Shown here in pieces: positions 11,761-21,596 of a DNA stretch of 64,000 nucleotides. Every line of letters begins with the position of its first letter. Positions within the stretch are counted from its first letter, which is position 1. The position numbers and the translations under genes are program-made. The DNA is from an uncultured Trueperaceae bacterium (GTDB taxonomy: Bacteria > Deinococcota > Deinococci > Deinococcales > Trueperaceae). Below the pieces are notes generated by a model, which saw only the letters and a program-made list of their open reading frames with translations, ran no database searches and was not told the origin of the DNA. The stretch is from the NCBI GenBank assembly GCA_963815215.1, contig CAWFFU010000011.1, positions 608,001 through 672,000 of the forward strand, in the 5' to 3' direction.

Positions 11761-12800
11761 CTACCGGTCGGCGGTCCAGTCCAGGATGACCTTCCCCGAC
11801 CGCCCCGAGCGCATGGTGTCGAAGGCCTTCTGGAAGTCGTCCGCGGCGAAGCGGTGGGTGATGACGGGCGCCAGGTCGAGCCCTGCCTGCAGCATGGCGG
11901 CCATCTTGTACCAGGTGTCGAACATCTCGCGACCGTAGATGCCGCGGATCTCGAGCCCCTTGAAGATGACGCGGTTCCAGTCGATCGCGATGGTCTGATC
12001 CGGGATGCCCAGCAGCGCGATCTTGCCGCCGTGGTTGATCGAGCCCAGGATCTGCTCGAAGGCGCCCGGCGCCCCCGACATCTCCAGCACCACGTCGAAG
12101 CCCTCCGTCATGCCCAGCTCGGCCATCACGTCGTTCAGGTCGGTGCCGGGCCGGGACACGTCGACCGCCCGGTCGACCGCCCCCATGCGCTCCGCCATGG
12201 CGAGCCGCTCCGGGTTGACGTCGGTGATGACGACGTAGCGGGCGCCCACGAAGCGCGCCACCGCCGCCGCCATCTGGCCGATCGGGCCCGCGCCGGTCAC
12301 CAGCACGTCCTCCCCCACCAGCGGGAAGGCCAGCGCGGTGTGCACGGCGTTGCCGAACGGGTCCAGGATGGCCGCCCAATCATCGGGGATGCCGCTCGGC
12401 ACCTTGAAGGCATTCCCCGCCGGGAGCACGAAGCGCTCGGCGAACGCGCCGGGACGGTCGACGCCGACGCCCTGGGTGTTGCGGCACAAGTGGCGGCGGC
12501 CGGCCCGGCAGTTGCGGCAATGACCGCAGGTGATGTGGCCCTCGCCGGACACGCGGTCGCCGGGGGCGTAGCCCTGCACCTCCGAACCGACCGCCTCGAC
12601 CACCCCCACGTACTCGTGCCCGGTGATCATGGGGACCGGGACGGTACGCCGGGACCAGGCGTCCCAGTTGTAGATGTGCACGTCGGTGCCGCAGATGGAG
12701 GTGTGGGTGATGCCGATGAGCAGGTCGTTGGGCCCCATCTCCGGCTCGGGCGCGTCGATCATCCACATGCCCTCGCGCGGCTCGAGCTTCGCCAGCGCCT

Positions 12801-12804
<4 letters not shown>
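11761..12804 (-). CDS. tdh: L-threonine 3-dehydrogenase
   Basis: [15 protein letters not shown], Zn cluster CGHCRNC...[15 protein letters not shown]; directly downstream of kbl. Confidence 0.95.
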
Positions 12805-13994
<1,190 letters not shown>

Positions 13995-14432
13995 GACTGC
14001 TCCTCCCGGCATGGGGCCAGGCGAGGCGCACGCCCCCGCTCTCGCGCAGGATCCCCTTTCCACGCTACCGCGCCACCCGGCGCTGCGCGCGAGAACGCCC
14101 CATCCGTTGCGTCAGGCAACCACGGAGTCATCGACCCCAGCCACGATCCGGCCGGCCGCCGGCCGGGCCCGCCCACGACCCTGGTGTGACGCGAGAGAGC
14201 CCGTCAGGCACGTCTCATGCTACCGTCGTGGTCAGCGATACGAAGCGCCGAACCGATCGGTCGCGCCCTTACTCGTTCCCGTTCCATCTTCATGGCCGAA
14301 GCACGCACACGGCGTTCGATCGCGATCTCCGGTTCGTCGCCCGCGAGCCGCATCGTGGCGTAGCTGCACCCCGCCGCTGAACCCCACCACGCTGCCGCCC
14401 CCGGACCCGAACTCCGAAGCGAGGGGCCGTAC

Positions 14433-14630
14433 ATGAACTGGGATCAGATCCAAGGCAAGTGGAAACAGTTCACCGGGGAAGTCCAATCCAACTGGGGCAA
14501 GCTCACGAACGACGACCTCCAGGAGGTCAAGGGCGACCGCACCAAGCTCGCCGGCAAGCTCCAGGAACGCTATGGCGTCGGCAAGGAGGAAGCGGACCGT
14601 CAGATCGACCACTGGCTGAAGAAGCACTGA
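14433..14630 (+). CDS. csbD: CsbD-family general stress protein
   Basis: MNWDQIQGKWKQFTGEV...WGKLTNDDL...GKLQERYG is the characteristic CsbD/YjbJ pattern. Confidence 0.93.
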   Translation: MNWDQIQGKWKQFTGEVQSNWGKLTNDDLQEVKGDRTKLAGKLQERYGVGKEEADRQIDHWLKKH

Positions 14631-14905
14631 CGGCCGGCTCGCCGGGGGACGCACGGCGCGCCCTCGGTCGGCGCCCCGCCTCGCTTCCCACGTCACTTCG
14701 CACCCATGGGGCCGATGCTACCGTCGAAAGGTACGAAGCCGACCCAGCCCGGGTCGCCCGGGTCTGGTGTCGGTACCCGCCGGGCACCCGATCGGGCGAC
14801 GGTGCGGGCCGCTGGGTTGGGGCCCGCACCGCGACCAGAAGTGCGCGGTCGCTCGGTCCCGCAGAAGCGCAGCAACGTCCCAGCCCACAGAAGGCAGGTG
14901 ATCTG

Positions 14906-15223
14906 ATGGCACAGACGACCGATGTCCAACAGGAGATCGACAGCATCAAGGCCGATCTGAAGTCCCTGAAAGACGACCTCTCCGAGCTATCGAAGGCGAG
15001 TGGCAAGGCGGCAGGTGACAGCGTGCAGGCCGCTCGCGATGCCCTCCGCGAAGAGGCCGACAAGCTCATCGAGCGCTTGAAGAAGTCCGCTTCGACCGTG
15101 CAGGAGGAGGGCGAGCACGTCGCCAGTCAGGTACGTGACGAGGTCGCCGAGAAGCCGCTCCCCACGCTGTTGACCGCTTTCGGGGTCGGCGCGCTGGTGG
15201 GGTGGCTGGTCTCGCGCAAGTAG
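14906..15223 (+). CDS. DUF883 / ElaB-YqjD-like tail-anchored protein
   Basis: Charged coiled-coil body, then EKPLPTLLTAFGVGALVGWLVSRK C-terminal anchor. Confidence 0.8.
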   Translation: MAQTTDVQQEIDSIKADLKSLKDDLSELSKASGKAAGDSVQAARDALREEADKLIERLKKSASTVQEEGEHVASQVRDEVAEKPLPTLLTAFGVGALVGWLVSRK

Positions 15224-15502
15224 ATGCGCGCGGCCTTCGCCGACGTGCTCGTCGCGGCGCTCGAGCTGCTGGAGGCCGAGGCGCGCAGCGCCCGTAAGGG
15301 CCTGACGCGCATGGCCGGCGCCGTCGTGCTGCTGGCAGCCGCCGGACTCCTCGCGCTCGGCGCCGCCGTGTTGCTGGCCTGGGCGCTGTTGACGGCGCTC
15401 TATCCGGTGATGACGCCACCCCTGGCGCGCCTGCTCACGGGGTTCGGCGTCCTGATCGCCTCGGGAGGTCTCCTATGGGCCGCCACCCGCATGAGCCGCT
15501 GA
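15224..15502 (+). CDS. YqjE-like two-TM membrane protein (holin-X-like family)
   Basis: LELLEAEAR followed by two hydrophobic helices; sits directly after the DUF883 gene. Confidence 0.65.
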   Translation: MRAAFADVLVAALELLEAEARSARKGLTRMAGAVVLLAAAGLLALGAAVLLAWALLTALYPVMTPPLARLLTGFGVLIASGGLLWAATRMSR

Positions 15503-15711
15503 GCGTCGCAGACGCCAAGGCGCGTCTTCGTCGGGCGGCGGCTGGGGGCGCCACGAGCCCCGGCGAGACCGCCCTAGCCGGCGTGCGCCTGTTCGCTCGC
15601 ACCCGCCCCTGGGCCGCGCTGGGTGCGGCCCTGGCCGCGGGCGTCGTAGTAGGCGCATCGAAACGCGCCCGCGCAGAACTCCCTCGACTGCTGCTACGCC
15701 TCGTCGGCTGA
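15499..15711 (+). CDS. Small membrane protein (YqjK-like position); start uncertain
   Basis: RPWAALGAALAAGVVVG helix; overlaps the upstream stop; fills the gap to the convergent gene. Confidence 0.5.
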   Translation: MSVADAKARLRRAAAGGATSPGETALAGVRLFARTRPWAALGAALAAGVVVGASKRARAELPRLLLRLVG

Positions 15712-15721
15712 CCCGCCGGCG

Positions 15722-18145
15722 TCACTCGCCGTACGGCACCCAGATGTTCTTCACGTGCGTCGCGCGCCGCAGGTACTCTCGGCCCTCGCCCTGCTCGGGA
15801 TCGAACCAATCCCGCCTCTTGCCGGAGTTGACCCAGGTGGCCTTGAGGTTGTCGGCGCTCTCACGCTCCACCGCCGTCGACCCGTCGGCCGAGCCCACGT
15901 ACCACATCGCCGCCACGTCGGCGTGCTTCGCGAGCACCGCCGCGAGCTCGTCACGATCGCCGGTGACGATGTTGAGGGCCCCGGCGGGGAGATCGCTCGT
16001 GTCCATCACCTGATAGAAGTCGGTGGCGGCCAGCGGCCAGCGCGACGACGGGACCGCCACGACGCGGTTGCCCATCGCCAGCGACGGGGCCACGAGCGAC
16101 ACGAACGCCAGCAGTGGAGCCTCGTCGGGACACGCCACCGCCATCACGCCCCACGGCTCGGGCATGGCGAGCGTCACGTTGCGCAGCGGCGTGGCGTGTA
16201 CGGCACCGTCGTACTTATCGGCATGGGCGGCGTACGTGAACAGCCGCTGCACGCTCGCCGCGACCTCCCGCTCGGCGTCGGCCTTGCGGGCGCCGGTCAT
16301 CGCCCGCAGCCGGGCGGCGAACTCGGCGCCGCGCGCCTCCAGGTTCTCGGCCAGGTAGTACAGAACCTGCGCCCGGTTGTGCGCCGTCGCCTTGGTCCAG
16401 GCCGTCCCCTTGCGTGCCGCCTCGACGGCGTTGCGCACGTCCTTGCGGTTGCCGAGCGGGGCCTCGCCCAGGTGCGCGCCGTCGGCGCCGAGCACCGGGT
16501 AGCTGTAGGCCCCGTCGGGCCGGGTCTGCTTGCCGCCGATGTAGAGCTTGGCGGTACGGTCGATCGCACCCTCCCCGAGCGGCGCCCCCTCGCCCAGCGC
16601 GGCCCCGTCGGGGACGCCGCTCGGCGCTTCTCGGTAGGGCTCGAGCCGCGCCTCCCAGCTAGGCTTGAGGTACTCGTACATCCCCTCGCGCCCGCCCTCG
16701 CGCCCGTAGCCCGACTCGCGGTAGCCGCCGAAGCCGCTGGCCGCGTCGAAGACGTTGGTGCAGTTCACCCACACCACCCCGGCCGCCAGCTTGGGCGCGA
16801 CGTCGAGCGCCAGGTTGACGTTCTCCGTCCACACGCTCGCCGCCAGCCCGTAGCGGGTGTTGTTGGCCAGCTCCACGGCCTCGGCCGGCGTGCGGAAGGT
16901 CATGCTCACGATGACGGGGCCGAAGATCTCCTCCTGCGCTGCGGCCGACGAGGGTGCCACCTCGCTGAACAGCGTCGGTGGGAAGTACAGGCCACCGCCG
17001 TTGGAGACCTCCGCGGCCCAGGAGGGCTGATAGCAGCGTCCGCCCTCGGCCTTGCACTGCTCCACCAGCCGGGTGATCTTGTCGAGCTGCACCGGCGCGA
17101 TGATGGCGCCGATGTCCATGGCCTTGTCCAGCGACGGCCCCTCGCGGAGCGTCTCCATGCGGGCGCGCAGCTTCTCCTCCACGGCCGCGGCCACGCTCTC
17201 CTGCACCAGCAGCCGGCTACCGGCGCAGCACACCTCGCCCTGGTTGAACCAGATGGCGTCGACCACACCCTCCACCGCGCTGTCCAGATCGGCGTCGTCG
17301 AACACGATGAAGGGGCTCTTGCCGCCCAGCTCCAGCGACAGCTTCAACCCGCGACCGGCCGTCGCCTGCCGGATGATGCGCCCCACCTCGGTGGAGCCGG
17401 TGAACGCCACCTTCGCCAGGCCCTCGTGCGCCACCAGCGCCGCGCCGGTGCGGCCGTCGCCCGTCACCACGTTGAGCACACCTTCGGGCAGCCCCGCCTC
17501 GGCGGCCATCTCCGCGAAGGCGAGCGCCGTGAGCGGCGTGAACTCGGCCGGCTTGAGCACCACCGTATTGCCCGCCGCCAGCGCCGGCGCCACCTTCCAC
17601 GCCAGCATCAGCAGCGGGAAGTTCCAGGGGATGATCTGACCGCACACGCCGACCGGCTCGTAGCCGGCGAACTCGGAGTCGCGGAGCTGCGCCCAGCCGG
17701 CGTGGTGGTAGAAGTGGCGCGCCACCAGGGGGATGTCGATGTCGCGCGTCTCGCGGATGGTCTTGCCGTTGTCGAGCGCTTCCAGCACCGCCAGCAGGCG
17801 CGCGTGCTTCTGCACGTGGCGCGCCAGCGCGTACAGGTGCCGAGAGCGCGCGAAGGGCGTCAGCGCCTGCCACGCCGGCAGCGCCTCCTGCGCCGCACGC
17901 ACGGCGGCGTCGACGTCCGCTGCGCCGCCCTGCGCCACCTGCGCCAGCTCGGCGCCGTCGCCGGGGTGCGTCGTCGCGAAGCGCGCGCCGTCGACGGGAT
18001 CGACGAAGCGCCCGCCGACGAAGTGGCCGAAGCTGCGCTCGTGGCGCTCTAGCCAGGCCTGCGCCAGCTCCGCGCTCTCCGGCGCCGGACCGTACTCCAT
18101 GCTCTCGAAGATCGCCTTGACCGACGGTGTCGCGGTGCTGCTCAT
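15722..18145 (-). CDS. Two-module aldehyde dehydrogenase (ALDH16-like, 807 aa)
   Basis: Complete ALDH domain (IPWNFP, FTGST, ELGGKS, NQGEVCCAG, EEIFGP) plus a second truncated Rossmann module ending KNIWVPYGE. Confidence 0.9.
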   Translation of the reverse strand: MSSTATPSVKAIFESMEYGPAPESAELAQAWLERHERSFGHFVGGRFVDPVDGARFATTHPGDGAELAQVAQGGAADVDAAVRAAQEALPAWQALTPFARSRHLYALARHVQKHARLLAVLEALDNGKTIRETRDIDIPLVARHFYHHAGWAQLRDSEFAGYEPVGVCGQIIPWNFPLLMLAWKVAPALAAGNTVVLKPAEFTPLTALAFAEMAAEAGLPEGVLNVVTGDGRTGAALVAHEGLAKVAFTGSTEVGRIIRQATAGRGLKLSLELGGKSPFIVFDDADLDSAVEGVVDAIWFNQGEVCCAGSRLLVQESVAAAVEEKLRARMETLREGPSLDKAMDIGAIIAPVQLDKITRLVEQCKAEGGRCYQPSWAAEVSNGGGLYFPPTLFSEVAPSSAAAQEEIFGPVIVSMTFRTPAEAVELANNTRYGLAASVWTENVNLALDVAPKLAAGVVWVNCTNVFDAASGFGGYRESGYGREGGREGMYEYLKPSWEARLEPYREAPSGVPDGAALGEGAPLGEGAIDRTAKLYIGGKQTRPDGAYSYPVLGADGAHLGEAPLGNRKDVRNAVEAARKGTAWTKATAHNRAQVLYYLAENLEARGAEFAARLRAMTGARKADAEREVAASVQRLFTYAAHADKYDGAVHATPLRNVTLAMPEPWGVMAVACPDEAPLLAFVSLVAPSLAMGNRVVAVPSSRWPLAATDFYQVMDTSDLPAGALNIVTGDRDELAAVLAKHADVAAMWYVGSADGSTAVERESADNLKATWVNSGKRRDWFDPEQGEGREYLRRATHVKNIWVPYGE

Positions 18146-18699
18146 GCGCTACGCTCCTGACGCTGCCATTCGCTGCGAAGCAGGCCGAACACCTCCAGGT
18201 CGGCGGGTTCGCCGCCGCCGGCCGGGTGCACCGCGCGCAGCGTGCCCTCGTGTCGGAACCCCAGCCGCTCGGCGACCCGGCGGCTGGGGAGGTTGTCCGG
18301 CTGGCATCGGATCTCCACCCGGTTGAGGCCGTACTCCTCGAACATGACCCGGGTGAGGCCGGCCACCGCTCGGGTGACGATGCCGCGACCGCTGGCGCGG
18401 CGCGCGATCCAGTAGCCGAACTCGGTGCGCCCCACCACGCGGTCGAGGTAGTGCACGCCGAGCATGCCCACCAGCTCGCCGTCCAGCCATAGCCCCGTCT
18501 CGAAACCGTTGCCGCGGGAGAACTTCTCCAGCGCCCCCCGCAGGAAGGCCCGCACCGCGGACTCGTCGGTGGTGAGCGCCCACGGCAGGAAATGGCCCAG
18601 GTGCTCGCGGTTCTCCGCCACCAGGGCCGCCAGCAGGGGCGCGTGGCGCTCCTCGAGCAACGCCAGGGCGAGCGAATCGTCGAGCGGTAGACGGAACAT
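18142..18699 (-). CDS. GNAT acetyltransferase, RimL/RimJ family
   Basis: ENREHL..FLPW, EFGYWI, GRGIVT, NLPSRRVAERLGF..EG. Confidence 0.85.
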   Translation of the reverse strand: MFRLPLDDSLALALLEERHAPLLAALVAENREHLGHFLPWALTTDESAVRAFLRGALEKFSRGNGFETGLWLDGELVGMLGVHYLDRVVGRTEFGYWIARRASGRGIVTRAVAGLTRVMFEEYGLNRVEIRCQPDNLPSRRVAERLGFRHEGTLRAVHPAGGGEPADLEVFGLLRSEWQRQERSA

Positions 18700-19691
18700 C
18701 AGCCCACCGGGTGCCGGAAGCCGGCGGAGTAGCGGCCCGTGACGCCGTGCTCGAGCTGCCGCTCGATGTCGGCCAGCAGCGAGCTCGCTCCGATGCGGAA
18801 CAGGTCGGGCTCGAGCCAGCGCCGCCCCAGCTCCTCGCGCATCAACGCCAGCCACACCAGCACGTCCTTGGCGGTACGCATGCCCCCGGCCGGCTTGAAC
18901 CCCACGGCCACGCCGGTGCGCTCGTAGTATGCGCGGATGGCGCGCGCCATCACCAGCCCGACCGGGAGCGTCGCGTTCACGCTCTCCTTGCCGGTCGAGG
19001 TCTTCACGAAATCGGCGCCCGCCATCATCGCCACCAGGCTGGCGCGATAGACGTTGCGCAGCGTGCCAAGCTCGCCGGTGGCAAGGATGGTCTTGAGGTG
19101 CGCCTCGCCGGCCGCCTCGCGGAAAGCACGCACCTCGTCGTACAGCGCCTGCCAGTCCCCGGTGAGGACGTGACGGCGCGAGATCACGATGTCGATCTCG
19201 GCAGCACCCGCACGCACGCTGCGGGCGATCTCATCGAGGCGCGTCTCGAAGGGCGAGAGCCCCGCCGGGAAGCCGGCCGACACCGCCGCCACCGGGATCC
19301 CGCTGCCGCGCAAGGCCTCCACCGCCACCGGAACCATGTCGTGGTAGACGCACACGGCCGCCGTGGTGAGACCGGCGTCCGCCATGCCCAGCGCCTCCAG
19401 CAGGTCGCGCCTCACCGGGTGCTCCGCCTTGGCGCACAGACGCCGCACCCGTCCAGGGGTGTCGTCGCCCGACAGGGTCGTCAGGTCGATCAGGGTGATC
19501 GCCCGCAGCAGCCACGCGAGCTGCCACTGCTTCTTGACGGTACGACGGCCGGGCAACGTAGCGGCGCGCCGCTCGACCGCGCTGCGATTGACGTGGGCGT
19601 CCCGGACCCAGTCGAGCGTCAACGCCATGCCGGGGTTGCGGTCGTCGATCCCCTGCTGCGCCCGGTCCGCGGTGTCGCTTCCGATGCTCAT
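18699..19691 (-). CDS. deoC: Deoxyribose-phosphate aldolase (long form)
   Basis: IDLTTLSGDDT, AAVCVY, GFPAG, EIDIVI, DFVKTSTGK, GFKPAGG, RIGASSLL. Confidence 0.93.
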   Translation of the reverse strand: MSIGSDTADRAQQGIDDRNPGMALTLDWVRDAHVNRSAVERRAATLPGRRTVKKQWQLAWLLRAITLIDLTTLSGDDTPGRVRRLCAKAEHPVRRDLLEALGMADAGLTTAAVCVYHDMVPVAVEALRGSGIPVAAVSAGFPAGLSPFETRLDEIARSVRAGAAEIDIVISRRHVLTGDWQALYDEVRAFREAAGEAHLKTILATGELGTLRNVYRASLVAMMAGADFVKTSTGKESVNATLPVGLVMARAIRAYYERTGVAVGFKPAGGMRTAKDVLVWLALMREELGRRWLEPDLFRIGASSLLADIERQLEHGVTGRYSAGFRHPVG

Positions 19692-19842
19692 AGTTCGCTC
19701 CCCACCCGCGTCCCGAGAACGCCGGGCAACTCCCAGCATACACGTCGTAGTCGGTCGAACCCGCGCTGGACCGGGATATGATGCGGTGGCCGCCGAGCGC
19801 GGTTGCGGCCTCCCGGCCGCCGTTCACCCGGAGGGAGTCTCC

Positions 19843-20841
19843 ATGCACCTGGCGCGGTTCCCGCGACGCCGTTACACGCCCCAGCCCACGCCGATCGAGC
19901 CGCTCGACCGGCTCAGCGAACACCTGGGCGGCCCCAACCTGTTCATCAAGCGCGACGACCAGCTCGGGCTCACGGCCGGCGGCAACAAGACCCGCAAGCT
20001 CGAGTTCCTGGTCGCCGAGGCGCTGGCACAGGGCGCCGACACCCTCATCACCACCGGCGCCGTGCAGTCCAACCACTGCCGGCTGACCCTGGCCGCCGCC
20101 GTCCACGAGGGGTTGAAGTGCCGCCTGGTGCTGGAGGAGAGGGTACCGGGCAGCTACGACCCGGGCGCCAGCGGGAACAACTTCCTGTATCGCCTGCTGG
20201 GCGTCGAGTCCATCACCGTGGTCGAGGGCGGCACCGACCTGATGGCCGCCATGCGGCGCGAGGCCGAGACGCTCGACGCCGAGGGGCGCCGCGGCTACGT
20301 CATCCCCGGCGGCGGCTCCACTCCGCTGGGCGCACTGGGGTACGTGGCCTGCGCCGAGGAGCTGCTGTCGCAGACCTTCGACATGGGCTTGCGGCTCGAC
20401 CACATCGTGAGCGCCAGCGGCAGCGGCGGAACGCACGCCGGCCTGGTGGCGGGGGTCTGGGGCGCCAACGCCAACATCCCCATCACCGGCATCAGCGTGC
20501 GGGCACAGAAGGCGGCGCAGGAGGAGCGCATCCTGACGCTGGCGCGCCGCACCGCGGAGCTCGCCGGCGTGAATGTCGAGGTACCGCCCGAGTCGGTGAC
20601 CGTGCTCGACGACTACGTGGGGCCCGGCTACTCCCTGCCCACGGACGCCATGATCGAGGCCGTGAAGCTGTTCGCCTCGCTGGAGGGCATCCTGCTCGAT
20701 CCGGTCTACACCGGCAAGGCGGCCGCGGGGCTGATCGACCTGGTGCGGCGCGGCCGCTTCGAGCGTGACGACAACGTCCTGTTCCTGCACACCGGCGGCG
20801 CCCCCGCCCTCTACGCCTACCAGGACGTACTGCTGGGATGA
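19843..20841 (+). CDS. PLP-dependent D-cysteine desulfhydrase family protein, probable D-cysteate sulfo-lyase (CuyA-like)
   Basis: KRDD...GGNKTRKLEF, QSNHCR, PGGGS, DPVYTGK, LHTGG; followed by a racemase and an SlcC-like gene; TATGAT at 19777 and GGAG RBS. Confidence 0.85.
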   Translation: MHLARFPRRRYTPQPTPIEPLDRLSEHLGGPNLFIKRDDQLGLTAGGNKTRKLEFLVAEALAQGADTLITTGAVQSNHCRLTLAAAVHEGLKCRLVLEERVPGSYDPGASGNNFLYRLLGVESITVVEGGTDLMAAMRREAETLDAEGRRGYVIPGGGSTPLGALGYVACAEELLSQTFDMGLRLDHIVSASGSGGTHAGLVAGVWGANANIPITGISVRAQKAAQEERILTLARRTAELAGVNVEVPPESVTVLDDYVGPGYSLPTDAMIEAVKLFASLEGILLDPVYTGKAAAGLIDLVRRGRFERDDNVLFLHTGGAPALYAYQDVLLG

Positions 20842-21596
20842 ACGGCTCCCCCGACAGCGGGCGACGCCGGACGGTGGGGGTGCTCGGTGGACTGGGTCCC
20901 GAAGCCACCCTCGACTTCTTCGCCAAGGTGCTGCAGCGCACCCCCGCCGCGAGCGACCAGGAGCACCTGCACCTGCTGATCGACAACGACCCGTCGGTCC
21001 CCAACCGCAACGATGCGGTGGCGGGTCGAGGCCCCTCGCCGGCACCGCAGCTCGCCGCCATGGCGCGGCGCCTCGAGGGCGCCGGGGCCGACTTCCTGGT
21101 GATGGTCTGTAACGCCGCCCACGCCTTCCAGAGCGCGATCGTGGAGGCCGTCGACATACCCTTCGTCAGCATCGTCGAGGAGACGGTCGAGGCCACCCTG
21201 ACGCGCGCGCCGTCGGCACGCCGCGTCGGCGTCCTGGCGGCCGAGGGCGCCCTCGACGCCGGCCTGTACCAGCGCGCCTTCGCGGCGCGGGGGGTGACGG
21301 CGCTCGTGCCCGAGGGGGACGACCGGGCGCGGTTCATGGATGGGATGTACCGCATCAAGGCAGGCGACAAGGGCGAGGCGGTCCAGCGCGACATGCTCGG
21401 CCTGGCACGCGTCCTGCAGGGAGCCGGCGCCGAAGCGCTGGTGGCCGGCTGCACCGAGGTCCCGCTGGTGCTGACGCAGGCGGCGCTCGACGCCGCCGGG
21501 ACGGCGCTGCCGTTCGTCGCCTCGACCGACGCGCTGGTCGAGGCGACGGTGGCGCTGGCGCTGGGAGAGCGGGCCCTGCCGGGAACACGGCCGTGA
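20838..21596 (+). CDS. Asp/Glu racemase family protein, probable cysteate racemase (CuyB-like)
   Basis: GGLGPEAT and both catalytic cysteines (CNAAH, GCTEVP); ATGA-coupled to the lyase. Confidence 0.85.
   Translation: MNGSPDSGRRRTVGVLGGLGPEATLDFFAKVLQRTPAASDQEHLHLLIDNDPSVPNRNDAVAGRGPSPAPQLAAMARRLEGAGADFLVMVCNAAHAFQSAIVEAVDIPFVSIVEETVEATLTRAPSARRVGVLAAEGALDAGLYQRAFAARGVTALVPEGDDRARFMDGMYRIKAGDKGEAVQRDMLGLARVLQGAGAEALVAGCTEVPLVLTQAALDAAGTALPFVASTDALVEATVALALGERALPGTRP

Noticed and set aside
13995..14160. Glycine riboswitch upstream of kbl-tdh
   Set aside because: The conserved GGAGA...CCGAAG...CTCTCAGG elements are not visible on the minus strand.
15224..15502. Prophage holin indicating a phage remnant
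   Set aside because: It follows a DUF883 gene as in chromosomal yqjDE; no endolysin, integrase or other phage genes are nearby.
19843..20841. ACC deaminase (acdS) assignment
   Set aside because: It has DPVYTGK and HTGG rather than the diagnostic Glu (DPVYEGK) and Leu (HLGG) of true ACC deaminases.
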